64,000 bases of DNA from Acidimicrobiia bacterium (GCA_035623515.1 DASPTH010000322.1:1526-65525), one strand, 5' to 3'. Counted from the stretch's first letter, positions 8,046-17,694 are shown. Numbers and translations: made by a program. The notes: generated by a model not told the origin, from the letters alone.

Positions 8046-9260
8046 TCAGCGAATGTGCACGCCGCTGATCGACCGCGCGATGACGAGCCGCTGGATCTCC
8101 GAAGTGCCTTCGAAGATCGTGTAGATCTTGGCGTCGCGGTGCCACCGCTCCACGGGGTACTCGCGCACGTACCCGTAGCCACCGAGGATCTGGATGGCTT
8201 CCTCGGTGACGCGCACTGCGGTCTCGCCGGCCTTGAGCTTGCTCATCGAGCCCTCGCCGTTCTCGAACTGCTTGCCGTTCTTGCCCATCCACGCGGCGCG
8301 CCACACGAGCAGGCGCGACGCGTCGATCTCCGTCTTCATGTCGGCGAGCTTGAACGCGATGGCCTGGTTCTCGATGATCGGACGCTCGAACTGCACCCGC
8401 TCCTTCGCGTACTCGAGCGCGTACTCGTAGGCCGCGCGCGCGATGCCGATCGCCTGTGCGCCGACCAGCGGGCGGGTGGCCTCGAACGTGGCCATGGCCG
8501 CCTGGACGCGGCTGCTGCCTCCCTCGCGGGCGCGCGCGAGGCGCTCGTCGAGTTTCTCCTTGCCGCCGAGCAGGCACGTCCCCGGGACGCGGACGTCCTC
8601 GAGCACGACCTCCGCGGTGTGGCTGGCGCGGATCCCGTGCTTCTTGAACTTCTGGCCCATGCGCAGCCCGGGGGTGCCGGGCGGCACCACGAAGCTGGCG
8701 TGGCCGCGCGCCTTCAGCTCGGGATCCACCGACGCGACGATCACGTGCACGTCGGCGATGCCGCCGTTGGTGATCCACGTCTTGGTGCCGTTCAGCACCC
8801 ACTCGTCCTTCGCCTCGTCGTAGACGGCGCGGGTGCGCAACGAGCTGACGTCGCTGCCGGCGTCGGGCTCGCTCACCGCGAACGCGCCGAGCTGGATGTT
8901 GTCGGGCGTTCCGTAGCACTGCGGGACCCATTCGGCGATCTGCTGGGGCGTGCCGTTGGCGACGATGCCCGAGACCGCGAGCGTGGAGCCGAAGATCGCG
9001 AGGGTGATGCCGGCGTCACCCCAGCACATCTCCTCGCTGACCACCGGCCACGTGAGGCCCGTGGGGTCGGCGATCGCGTTGGCGCCGAACTCGACGGAGT
9101 ACAGGCCGATGCGGGCCGCCTCCTCGATGATCGGCCACGGGGTCTCCTCCCGCTCGTCCCACTCGTGGGCGGCCGGGCGGACGACGTCCTCGGCGAAGTC
9201 GTGCACCCACTTCTGGAGCTGGAGTTGGTCCTCGTCGAGGTCGAGGGAGAAGGCGGCCAT
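8046..9260 (-). CDS. Acyl-CoA dehydrogenase
   Basis: ORF 8046..9284. The ACAD C-terminal motif IYTIFEGTSEIQRLVIA is present. The start at MAAFSL (9260) has AGGAG 5 nt upstream. Confidence 0.9.
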   Translation of the reverse strand: MAAFSLDLDEDQLQLQKWVHDFAEDVVRPAAHEWDEREETPWPIIEEAARIGLYSVEFGANAIADPTGLTWPVVSEEMCWGDAGITLAIFGSTLAVSGIVANGTPQQIAEWVPQCYGTPDNIQLGAFAVSEPDAGSDVSSLRTRAVYDEAKDEWVLNGTKTWITNGGIADVHVIVASVDPELKARGHASFVVPPGTPGLRMGQKFKKHGIRASHTAEVVLEDVRVPGTCLLGGKEKLDERLARAREGGSSRVQAAMATFEATRPLVGAQAIGIARAAYEYALEYAKERVQFERPIIENQAIAFKLADMKTEIDASRLLVWRAAWMGKNGKQFENGEGSMSKLKAGETAVRVTEEAIQILGGYGYVREYPVERWHRDAKIYTIFEGTSEIQRLVIARSISGVHIR

Positions 9261-9284
9261 GGGTGCTCCTGACGCCGACGTCAC

Positions 9285-9304
9285 AAGTTACCGGCCGGTA
9301 ACTT
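9285..9304. promoter_or_regulatory. Perfect 20-bp palindrome AAGTTACCGGCCGGTAACTT (candidate operator) 24 nt upstream of the ACAD start
   Basis: Read directly. The rc of aagttaccgg is ccggtaactt. Confidence 0.45.
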
Positions 9305-9338
9305 AGCACCGTGCCGGGACGCGGGCGTGCCGGGACGC

Positions 9339-9373
9339 GAACGTGCCCGCCGGCGGGGCCGGCGGGCACGTTC
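9339..9373 (-). terminator. GC-rich hairpin (15-16 bp stem) downstream of the 9438-9887 gene
   Basis: gaacgtgcccgccgg-cgggg-ccggcgggcacgttc, with perfectly complementary arms. There is no U-tract, as is common in high-GC actinobacteria. Confidence 0.45.
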
Positions 9374-9437
9374 CCCGGACCGAGCTCGGTGTGCGTCGGT
9401 GGGAGCTCGGCCCCGTACGGAAACGGTGTCGCTCTGG

Positions 9438-9887
9438 TTACACCGTTCCGTGTTGGCCGAACTGGTGGTTCATGATCGTGTCGACCCGGCCGGGCACCTT
9501 CTGGGTGAGCTGGTCGGCCCGGGCCTGGTCGATGCGGTGGTTCGCCAGGGCCTTCTGGATCAGCTTGTCAGCGGCGTTGACGAGGGCGGTCTTCACGGCC
9601 CCAGGGTCCTTGGTGAGCGACTGCGCGTACTGGGTGATCGTCTGGCCGCCCTTCAGGGCCGTCCGCAGGTCCTGGACCGAGACCCCGAGGGTGTCGGCCA
9701 CGATCTTGGCGGCGTGCCGGCGGATGGCGATCCGCAACCGGAGGCCCGGGTGGCCCTGGGCGGTGGCAGCCGGCTGCCCGGAACCCGAGCCGGAGCCGGA
9801 GCTGTCCGCCGCGTAGGCGACACCGGCGGTGCCCGCGGTGAGGGCCCCGGCCAGCGCAACCATGGCCACGAACTTCTTCATCTTCAT
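9438..9887 (-). CDS. Small secreted protein, unknown function
   Basis: Has a signal peptide MKMKKFVAMVALAGALTAGTAGVAYA and an SGSGSGSG linker. The remainder is helical. Confidence 0.6.
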   Translation of the reverse strand: MKMKKFVAMVALAGALTAGTAGVAYAADSSGSGSGSGQPAATAQGHPGLRLRIAIRRHAAKIVADTLGVSVQDLRTALKGGQTITQYAQSLTKDPGAVKTALVNAADKLIQKALANHRIDQARADQLTQKVPGRVDTIMNHQFGQHGTV

Positions 9888-10028
9888 CGTCGGTCCTTCC
9901 CTGTTCCCCGCTCTCTCGGTGGACTGGACCGGGGGGTTCGGTCCACGTCACCTATGCAACCGCGGGAACATGAGGTGCGTGTGAACCGGGAGGCAGCCCT
10001 CGGCCAAGCCGAGTAGCGTCCGGGCGCC

Positions 10029-10787
10029 ATGAGCAACGACGTGACCGTCGCGGTCGACGACGACGTCGCGACGGTGGAGATCCACCGCCCGCCCAACAAC
10101 TACTTCGACGTGACCCTCATCCGCGAGTTGGTCGACGCGGCCTTCGCGCTCGACGACGACCCTGCCTGCCGTGCGATCGTCCTGTGCGCCGAGGGCAAGA
10201 ACTTCTGCGCCGGCGCCGACCTCGGGCCGGAGTCGGACCTCGTCGACCAGACCGCCGACCTCTACGCGCAGGCCGTGCAGCTCTTCTCGGCGAAGAAGCC
10301 CATCGTCGCCGCGGTCAACGGCGCCGCGGTGGGCGGTGGCCTCGGCCTCGCGCTCGCGGCCGACTTCCGCGTGGCGACGCCCGAGTCGCGGTTCAGCTGC
10401 AACTTCGCGAAGCTCGGGTTCCACCAGGGCTTCGGCATCTCGGTCACGCTCCCGGCGGTGGTCGGTCAGCAGCGCGCACTCGAGTTGCTCTACACGGGAG
10501 GGCAGGTGAAGGGCGCGGAAGCGCTCGCGATCGGCCTCTGTGACCGCCTCACCAGCCCGGAGGACCTGCGGGCCGCCGCCCGGGAGCTCGCGGCCGAGAT
10601 CGCGGCCGCGGGCCCGCTCGCAGTGCTCGCGATCCGCGAGACCATGCGCGGCAGTCTGGCGGCGCAGGTTCAGCAGGCCACCACGCGGGAGCACGACATG
10701 CAGCAACGGCTGCGGCGTACCGACGACTTCCGGGAGGGCGTGGCGGCGATGGCGGAGCGGCGCCCGCCGAACTTCACCGGGCGGTAG
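10029..10787 (+). CDS. Enoyl-CoA hydratase/isomerase family protein
   Basis: Crotonase-fold motifs FCAGADL and AAVNGAAVGGGLGLALAADFRVA. Confidence 0.85.
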   Translation: MSNDVTVAVDDDVATVEIHRPPNNYFDVTLIRELVDAAFALDDDPACRAIVLCAEGKNFCAGADLGPESDLVDQTADLYAQAVQLFSAKKPIVAAVNGAAVGGGLGLALAADFRVATPESRFSCNFAKLGFHQGFGISVTLPAVVGQQRALELLYTGGQVKGAEALAIGLCDRLTSPEDLRAAARELAAEIAAAGPLAVLAIRETMRGSLAAQVQQATTREHDMQQRLRRTDDFREGVAAMAERRPPNFTGR

Positions 10788-10793
10788 CGAGGG

Positions 10794-11828
10794 GTGGACG
10801 CGCACGCCCCTGCGGGAGTGGACCTCGAGCGCCTGGCCCCCTGGTTCGCGGCGAACGCGCCGCAGTTCCACCCGCCGTTCACCGCCGAGCAGATCGCCGG
10901 CGGCCGCTCCAACATCACCGTGCGCCTCACCGACGCCGACGGCCGCGACTGCATCATCCGGCGGCCGCCGCTGCACAGCGTCCTCGCGACCGCGCACGAC
11001 GTCGGCCGCGAGTACCGGGTGATCCACGCGCTGGGCCCTACACCGGTGCCGGTGCCGGAGGCGTACGCGAACTGCGAGGACGACGGCCTGATCGGCGCGC
11101 CGTTCTACGCGATGGAATTCGTCGACGGCATCGTGTTGAACGACGTCCGTACCGCGCAGCGCGCGCTCGACGAGGCCGCCCGTCACCACGCGAGCTACTC
11201 CGTGGTCGACGCCCATGTCGCCCTGCACGCGGTCGACGTCGACGAGGTCGGGCTCGGCGACCTCGCCCGCCGCGACGACTACATCGGCCGCCAGCTCCGC
11301 CGGTGGCACCGGCAGTACGAGCAGACCCGGACCGCGGACCTGCCGGGTGTCGACCGGGTGTACGAGCTCCTGTCGGCACGGATCCCCGAGCAGCGGGAGA
11401 CGCGGATCGTGCACGGCGACCTGCGCCTCGGGAACTGCATCATCGACGACCGCGGCACCGTGCGCGCAGTGCTCGACTGGGAGCTGTGCACGCTCGGTGA
11501 CCCGCTCGCCGACATCGGCTACCTGCTCGCGACGTCGCCCGAGTCCGGTGACGAGACGATCGCCGATGCCTTCTCCCCCACGATCGCGGACGGATTCGCG
11601 ACCCGCGACGAGCTGGCCGAGAAGTACGCGCGCGATTCGGGCCGCGACCTCTCGCAGATCGAGTACTACATCGCCTTCTCGCACTGGAAGCTCGCGTGCA
11701 TCCTCCAAGGGGTGATGGTTCGCGCGGCAGCAGGCGCGCAAGGCGAGCGCGCGGCCGACTCGGCGCCCATCCGCCGCCGCATCGAGGCGAGCGTCGAGCT
11801 CGCGGAGGCCCATGCCGCGAGGTTGTGA
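10794..11828 (+). CDS. Phosphotransferase (APH/choline-kinase-like) family protein
   Basis: Catalytic-loop motif IVHGDLRLGNCIID and DWELCTLGDPLADIGY. GTG start with a GAGGGG RBS. It lies 7 nt after the hydratase gene. Confidence 0.8.
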   Translation: MDAHAPAGVDLERLAPWFAANAPQFHPPFTAEQIAGGRSNITVRLTDADGRDCIIRRPPLHSVLATAHDVGREYRVIHALGPTPVPVPEAYANCEDDGLIGAPFYAMEFVDGIVLNDVRTAQRALDEAARHHASYSVVDAHVALHAVDVDEVGLGDLARRDDYIGRQLRRWHRQYEQTRTADLPGVDRVYELLSARIPEQRETRIVHGDLRLGNCIIDDRGTVRAVLDWELCTLGDPLADIGYLLATSPESGDETIADAFSPTIADGFATRDELAEKYARDSGRDLSQIEYYIAFSHWKLACILQGVMVRAAAGAQGERAADSAPIRRRIEASVELAEAHAARL

Positions 11829-11898
11829 TGCCGAGGGGTAGGGCCGCTCCGCGACCACGGAACACCACCACCGTCGCCGCCTACAGCCACGTACCGTC

Positions 11899-12984
11899 GT
11901 GGTCGACGGCCTCGACGCCGCGATCGCCTTCTACCGCGACACCTTCGGGTTCGAGGCGCTGCTCTGCCCCGAGCCCATCGACGCGCTGGCGCCCGGCGCG
12001 TGGCCGGCGGTCGCCGGTGGCCGGCACCGGGTCCTGTGCCGGTGCTTGTCGGGTTCGCCATCGGGCATGCTGGTGCACATGGGAACCGGGATCGCCGCGA
12101 TCGAGATCACGCCCCTGACGCCCGAGATCGGAGCGGAGGTCCGCGGCGTCGACCTTGCCAGTGACCTGTCGGCCGAGACGATCAGCGCCATCCGTACGGC
12201 ATGGTTGGACCATCTCGTGTTGTTCTTTCCCGAGCAGCGGCTGACGCCCGACACCCAAGTCGTGTTCGCCCGCCGGTTCGGCGACATCACCGAAGGGCAC
12301 CCCGTGGAACCTTCGCTGCCGGGGCACCCCAACGTGCTGCCCATCGACAGCGTGAAGGACCGTGTGGACTTCTGGCACACGGACGTGACCTTCATGTCGA
12401 AGCCGCCGACCGGTTCCTTGCTCTACGCGGTCCAACTCCCGGCCGTGGGTGGCGACACCCTGTGGATCAGCACCCGGGCCGCCTATGCCGCGCTGGCCGA
12501 ACCATTGCGGCAGATGTGTGACGGACTGACTGCGATCCACTACGACCCGCACTACGCGCAGGTGATCGCCGACGGTGGCGGCAAGGACTGGGAAGGCCAC
12601 CACGTCGAACGCCTCCGGCCGGTCGAGCACCCCGTCGTGCGTGTGCACCCCGAAACCGGACGCTGCAACTTGTTCGTGAACCCACAGTTCACCGTGGCGC
12701 TGAAGGGTTTCGATGGTCCCCAGGGCAACGGTCTGTTGCGGGTCCTGTACGACCACATGGTCCAACCTCGGTTCACCGTGCGGTACCGCTGGCATCCCCA
12801 CACGCTCGCGTTCTGGGACAACCGCGCCACCATGCACTACGGCGTGTACGACTACGAGGGATCACGACGAGTCATGCACCGCGTCACCCTCGAGGGCGAC
12901 CGACCGTACGGACCGGAATCCGCTGCTGCCGACGGCCGCGACGCGGCGCCGCGCCACCCGGCCGGCGAGACGAACGAATGCTGA
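11899..12984 (+). CDS. TauD/TfdA-family dioxygenase; the start is uncertain (11899 GTG, or ATG at 12067/12079) because the 5' part looks like a VOC/glyoxalase fragment
   Basis: Motifs FWHTDVTFMSKPP and FWDNRATMHYG. The dioxygenase homology begins around IAAIEITPLTPEIGAEV (aa 65 onward). Confidence 0.8.
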   Translation: MVDGLDAAIAFYRDTFGFEALLCPEPIDALAPGAWPAVAGGRHRVLCRCLSGSPSGMLVHMGTGIAAIEITPLTPEIGAEVRGVDLASDLSAETISAIRTAWLDHLVLFFPEQRLTPDTQVVFARRFGDITEGHPVEPSLPGHPNVLPIDSVKDRVDFWHTDVTFMSKPPTGSLLYAVQLPAVGGDTLWISTRAAYAALAEPLRQMCDGLTAIHYDPHYAQVIADGGGKDWEGHHVERLRPVEHPVVRVHPETGRCNLFVNPQFTVALKGFDGPQGNGLLRVLYDHMVQPRFTVRYRWHPHTLAFWDNRATMHYGVYDYEGSRRVMHRVTLEGDRPYGPESAAADGRDAAPRHPAGETNEC

Positions 12985-13173
12985 TGGTGGTGCACGTGGA
13001 CGGGCGGTGCGCGCGGCATTCAGCCGACTCGGTCGAGTTCGAACTGGTTGTGGCGTGGCCGATGTGGCGGCCGACCGACTGGTGACTCGACGACCCCGAC
13101 GGCGCGATCACCTGCCGCACCGACTTCGGCCGCCCGCCACCTGAACGCTCCGACCGCCTCGTAGCGTGACGCC

Positions 13174-13956
13174 GTGGATCGGCGCACGTTCCTCCTCGCC
13201 GGCGCGGCCGCCATCGCGGCCGCCGCGTGCTCGGGCGGCGAGTCAGCGAGCCGGGCCGGCACCACGACGACGACCACGAGCACCACCGCGCCTCCGCCGC
13301 CCGCGCCGAGCGCCACCACCACACCACCGCCGCCCGCGCCCGCGGCGTTCGTCGACACCGGCCCGCGCACCCACGATCGGGTCGCGCTCACGTTCCACAC
13401 CAACGGCGACCTCGGCCTCGCACAACAATTGCTCGACACGCTGGCGTCGCGCGACGCGGTGGTCACGTGCTTCATCGTCGGCAACTGGCTCGACGCCAAC
13501 CCGTCGTGGGCGAAGAAGCTCCAGGACGCGGGCCACGAGCTCGCCAACCACACCTACACGCACCCCGATTTCCTGTCGCTCTCGCCCGACGCCATGCGCG
13601 ACGAGGTCGTACGCTGCCGCGACGTGCTCACCCGCCTGACCGGCTCGCCGGGCGCGTTCTTCCGGCCGTCGGGCACCGACGACGGCACCGCCACGCCACC
13701 GGAGATCGTGCTCGAGGTCGCGCGCGACGCGGGCTACGCGACAGTGCTCGGGTTCGACGTCGACCCGCTCGACTACCAGGACCCCGGCGCCGACGCCGTC
13801 GTCCAGCGCACGCTCGCCACGGTCGGGCCCGGTTCGATCGTGAGCATGCACTTCGGCCACCCGGGGACGATCACCGCGATGCCCGCGGTGCTCGACGGCC
13901 TGCAGCGCAAGGGCCTGGTGCCCGTCACCGCGTCGAAGCTGCTCGCGCCGGGCTGA
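13174..13956 (+). CDS. Polysaccharide deacetylase (NodB-homology) family, probable Tat-exported lipoprotein
   Basis: N-terminus MDRRTFLLAGAAAIAAAAC (twin-Arg motif plus a lipobox Cys) and a Thr/Pro-rich linker. NodB-like boxes LTFHTNGD and HELANHTYTHP. Confidence 0.8.
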   Translation: MDRRTFLLAGAAAIAAAACSGGESASRAGTTTTTTSTTAPPPPAPSATTTPPPPAPAAFVDTGPRTHDRVALTFHTNGDLGLAQQLLDTLASRDAVVTCFIVGNWLDANPSWAKKLQDAGHELANHTYTHPDFLSLSPDAMRDEVVRCRDVLTRLTGSPGAFFRPSGTDDGTATPPEIVLEVARDAGYATVLGFDVDPLDYQDPGADAVVQRTLATVGPGSIVSMHFGHPGTITAMPAVLDGLQRKGLVPVTASKLLAPG

Positions 13957-13960
13957 CGTC

Positions 13961-15754
13961 TCACATCGCGGCGCGGCCGGCAGCCGCGATCCACGACGCG
14001 TACAGCGCGGCGTAGCGACCCTCGCGGCGGATCAGCTCGTCGTGCGTGCCGAGCTCGGCGAGCACCCCGTCGTCGACGACACCGACGCGATCGGCGCGTG
14101 CTGCAGTGGACAGACGGTGGGCCACCACCACGACGGTGCGGTCGCGCGTGAGCCGTTCCAGTGCGCGCTCGACGACGCGTTCGGTGCCGGGGTCGAGGTT
14201 CGACGTCGCCTCGTCGAGCACGAGCACGGCCGGGTCGGCGAGGGCGGCGCGGGCGAGCGACACGAGCTGGCGCTCCCCGGCCGAGAGCCGCGAGCCGCGC
14301 TCGCGCACCTCGGTGTCGAGCCCGTCCGGCAGCGACCGGAACCGGTCGCGCACCCCCAGCGCGTCGATGGCGGCGTCGACCTCGGCGTCGGTCGCGTCCG
14401 GGCGGCCGACGCGCACGTTGTCGCGCACCGTGCCGCTGAACAAGAACCCCTCCTGGGGGACGACCACGATTCGCCGCCGGAGTGACGCGAGCGTGGCGTC
14501 GCGGAGGTCGACACCGCCCATCGAGATCGAGCCGGCACGCGGGTCGTAGAAACGGACGATCAGCTTCGCGAGCGTCGACTTCCCGGCCCCGGTGGGCCCG
14601 ACGAGCGCCAGGCGCTCGCCGCGCCCGATCGTGAGGTTCACGTCGTGCAGCACGTCGGCGTTCGAGCCGTACGCGAACGACACGTGCTCCACTGCGATGG
14701 CGCCGTCGGGCGGGAGGTCGACCGCGCCGGGGCGCTCGATGATCGTGGGCTGCTCGTCGAGCAGGCCGAAGAGCTTCTTCATCGCGGCACCCGACGACTG
14801 CACGATGTTGTACTGCTGGCTGAGTTGCTGCACGGGCTCGAACAGGTTGTTCAGGTAGAGCACGAACGCCGCGACCGTGCCGACGGACACGATGTTCTCG
14901 CTGGCGAAGTAACCGCCGAGGCCCACGATGACCGCGGTCGCCGCGATGCCGAGACCCTCCATGAACGGGAAGTAGCGGGTGGAGATCCGGATCGTCTCCA
15001 TGTTCGCCTCGTACTGCGCCTCGTTCGTGGTCTCGAAGCGACCGGTGAACGCCTGCTCCCGCGAGAACGCCTGCACCACCCGGACTCCGGCGAGCCCTTC
15101 CTGGAGGGTGGCGAGGTTGGTGCCGATGCGTTCCCGGACCTCGAGGTAGGCGCGATTCGACTCGCGCCGGAACCACCGGGTCGCGTACACCGCGGGCGGC
15201 ACGACGAACAGTGTGCACAACGCGAGTTGCCAGCTCATCACGAAGATCACCACGAGCGCGCCGAAGAAGAGCAGCGCGTTCATCAACATCGAGGTGATGC
15301 CGGCCTGGACGAGCTCCTGCAGCGCGTCGACGTCGGACGTCATGCGCGCCACGAGCCGCCCGGTCTGCTCGGCTTCGAAGAAGTCGAGCCCGAGATCGAG
15401 CAGGTGGTGGAACACCTGGACGCGCAGGTCGCGCAGGTAGGTCTCGCCCACTTGTGCGGTGAGGATGATCGCGAAGCGCCCGAACACGAGCGCGGCCACC
15501 GCCACCACCACGTACGCGAGGGCAGTGACGTCGATGACGTGGCCGTCGTTGGCGTTGATCCCCGCGTCGATGGCGTGACGCACGAGCGCGGGCCCGGTGA
15601 GGAGGCAGCCGACCTGCGCGGCGATGCACAGGAGAGCGAGCGCGACACGGCCCCGCCACGGGCGCAGCATGCGCAGGACGCGCCCGAAGATCTTCTGCGC
15701 CTCGCCCCGCTCGAGCTTGTCGTCGTCGGCCAGGCCGTCGGTGTCCCACACCAT
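13961..15754 (-). CDS. ABC exporter, fused permease/ATPase (half-transporter B)
   Basis: 6-TM domain followed by Walker A GPTGAGKST, signature LSAGERQ and Walker B VLVLDEATS. ATGA overlap with the upstream partner. Confidence 0.9.
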   Translation of the reverse strand: MVWDTDGLADDDKLERGEAQKIFGRVLRMLRPWRGRVALALLCIAAQVGCLLTGPALVRHAIDAGINANDGHVIDVTALAYVVVAVAALVFGRFAIILTAQVGETYLRDLRVQVFHHLLDLGLDFFEAEQTGRLVARMTSDVDALQELVQAGITSMLMNALLFFGALVVIFVMSWQLALCTLFVVPPAVYATRWFRRESNRAYLEVRERIGTNLATLQEGLAGVRVVQAFSREQAFTGRFETTNEAQYEANMETIRISTRYFPFMEGLGIAATAVIVGLGGYFASENIVSVGTVAAFVLYLNNLFEPVQQLSQQYNIVQSSGAAMKKLFGLLDEQPTIIERPGAVDLPPDGAIAVEHVSFAYGSNADVLHDVNLTIGRGERLALVGPTGAGKSTLAKLIVRFYDPRAGSISMGGVDLRDATLASLRRRIVVVPQEGFLFSGTVRDNVRVGRPDATDAEVDAAIDALGVRDRFRSLPDGLDTEVRERGSRLSAGERQLVSLARAALADPAVLVLDEATSNLDPGTERVVERALERLTRDRTVVVVAHRLSTAARADRVGVVDDGVLAELGTHDELIRREGRYAALYASWIAAAGRAAM

Positions 15755-17589
15755 CAGGTGCCCCGCCCCGCCGCCGGCTCGACGGCCGCGCCATCCCCGA
15801 CCGGCTCCTCACCATCGGGCGGCGCGACGCCCGCGGCCTGCGCCAGCACGTGGCGGTAGCGCTCCGAGCTCGTGAGCAGCTCGTCGTGCGCACCCTGGTC
15901 CACCACCCGGCCGCCGTCGAGGAGCACGACGCGGTCCGCGAGCGCGATGGTCGCGGGGCGGTGGGCGATGATGATCGTTGTCCGTCCCGCCATCACCTCG
16001 CGCAGCGCGGCGCGGATCTCGTGTTCCTTGGTGGGGTCGACCGACGACGTCGCGTCGTCGAGGATGAGCACGCGGGGGTCGGCGAGGACCGCGCGCGCGA
16101 TGGCGATGCGCTGCCGCTGGCCGCCGGAAAGCGAGTAGCCGAACTCGCCGATCACGGTGTCGTAGCCGTCGGGGAGCGCGTCGATGAAGTCGGCGCCCGC
16201 GAGCCTCGCGGCGCGCCGGATCTGCTCGACGGGTGCGTCGGGGTCGGCGAACGCGATGTTGTTGCGCACGGTGTCGGAGAACAGGAACGTGTCCTCGAAG
16301 ACGATCCCGACCGCGCGCCGCACGTCGTCGAGTTGCAGCTCCCGCACGTCGACGCCGTCGAGGAGCACGCGCCCTTCCTCGACGTCGTAGAAGCGCGGGA
16401 TCAGGCGGGCGACGGTCGTCTTCCCGCTCGCGGTGGGGCCGACGAGCGCCACCGCCTCGCCAGGGTGCAGGGTGAGGTCGAAGCCGTCGAGCACGAGCGG
16501 GCCGTCGCCGTACCGGAAGCGCACGTCCTCGAAACGCAGCTCGCCCCGGCCCTCCGGCGTCAGCGGGCGACCGTGCGGCGGCGAGGTGATCTCGGGATCG
16601 GTGCGGAGAACCTCCGAGACCCGGCCGGCAGCCGCGGTGGCGCGCGCCGCCTGCGCGACGAGCTGGCCCGCGAGGCGCAACGGGAAGATCAGCATCACGA
16701 TGTAGAGGTTGAAGGCGATGATGTCGCCCACCGCGAGGTTGCCGTCGAGCACCTGGTGACCGCCGTACCAGATGATCGCGGCGAGCGACAGCGCCGGCAG
16801 GAAGTCGAGGGCGGGCAGGAAGTTGGCGCGCAACCGGGCGGCCTTCAGCGACCACGCCCGCACCTCCTCGGCCTCCGATTCCAGCCGGTGCTCCTGCAGC
16901 GCCTCGGCGCCGAAGCCCTTCACCGCGCGGATGCCGCCGACGGTCTCGGCGACGACGCCCGAGAGGTCGCCGAGCTTCTCCTGCTGCTCGAGGCCCACGG
17001 GCGCCAGCCGCCGCGAGAACCGGGCGGCCACGAGGTTCAGGAGCGGCAGGGCGCCCAGGGCCAGCAGCGCGAGCACGGGACTGGCGACGAGCATGACCAC
17101 CATCACGCCGAACAGGATGAAAACGCTCGAGAGGCTGATCGGGCCGAGCGTCATCCACTGGGTGATCTGGTACAGGTCGGTGTTCGCGCGCGCCATGAGT
17201 TGGCCGGTCTGTGCCTCGTCGTGGAAGGCGAAGTGCAGGAGCTGCAAGTGCGCGAACAGCCGCGCGCGCAGGTCCGTCTCGACGCGATACGACATGCGGA
17301 ACGCGGTGTAGCGACGCAATCCCATCCCCGCGCCCTGGAACACCCCCGCGACGACGATCAGGAGCGTGTACTTCACGATCTCGCTGCTGTCGTTCGGGAC
17401 GATGCCGTTGTCGACCGCGCCGGCCACGAGGATCGGCACCGCCAGCTTCGCGACCGTCCACGTGAGGGCGGCCACCACGGCCATGGCGACCCAGAACATC
17501 TGGGCCCGGAGCGAGTCGCGGAGCAGGCGCCTCCCTTCGCGGCGCAGGGCGCGGTCGTCGTCGACGTCCCGCTCCGAACCGCGATTCAC
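15754..17589 (-). CDS. ABC exporter, fused permease/ATPase (half-transporter A)
   Basis: 6-TM domain followed by GPTASGKTT, LSGGQRQRIAIARA and ILILDDATSSVD. Confidence 0.9.
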   Translation of the reverse strand: MNRGSERDVDDDRALRREGRRLLRDSLRAQMFWVAMAVVAALTWTVAKLAVPILVAGAVDNGIVPNDSSEIVKYTLLIVVAGVFQGAGMGLRRYTAFRMSYRVETDLRARLFAHLQLLHFAFHDEAQTGQLMARANTDLYQITQWMTLGPISLSSVFILFGVMVVMLVASPVLALLALGALPLLNLVAARFSRRLAPVGLEQQEKLGDLSGVVAETVGGIRAVKGFGAEALQEHRLESEAEEVRAWSLKAARLRANFLPALDFLPALSLAAIIWYGGHQVLDGNLAVGDIIAFNLYIVMLIFPLRLAGQLVAQAARATAAAGRVSEVLRTDPEITSPPHGRPLTPEGRGELRFEDVRFRYGDGPLVLDGFDLTLHPGEAVALVGPTASGKTTVARLIPRFYDVEEGRVLLDGVDVRELQLDDVRRAVGIVFEDTFLFSDTVRNNIAFADPDAPVEQIRRAARLAGADFIDALPDGYDTVIGEFGYSLSGGQRQRIAIARAVLADPRVLILDDATSSVDPTKEHEIRAALREVMAGRTTIIIAHRPATIALADRVVLLDGGRVVDQGAHDELLTSSERYRHVLAQAAGVAPPDGEEPVGDGAAVEPAAGRGT

Positions 17590-17609
17590 CCGACCTCCAC
17601 GATCAGCAC

Positions 17610-17637
17610 CGTTCGGCGCGACCGACCGCGCCGAACG
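17610..17637 (-). terminator. GC hairpin (11-bp stem, 6-nt loop)
   Basis: cgttcggcgcg-accgac-cgcgccgaacg read directly. It lies between the substrate-binding protein (SBP) gene stop and the exporter start, so it could instead be a 5'-leader structure. Confidence 0.3.
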
Positions 17638-17658
17638 CGAAGGCAGGCTACCAAGGCG

Positions 17659-17687
17659 CCCGCGCGCGGCTTCCGACCGCGCGCGGG
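17659..17687 (-). terminator. GC hairpin (11-bp stem, 7-nt loop) immediately after the SBP gene stop
   Basis: cccgcgcgcgg-cttccga-ccgcgcgcggg, 8 nt downstream of the stop at 17695. Confidence 0.4.
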
Positions 17688-17694
17688 CCGAGCG

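Noticed and set aside
9285-9304. Palindromes at 9285-9304 and 24917-24928 as KstR or KstR2 operators.
   Set aside because: Neither fits the remembered consensus forms (TnnAACnnGTTnnA for KstR, AnCAAGnnCTTGnT for KstR2). They are reported only as generic operator candidates.
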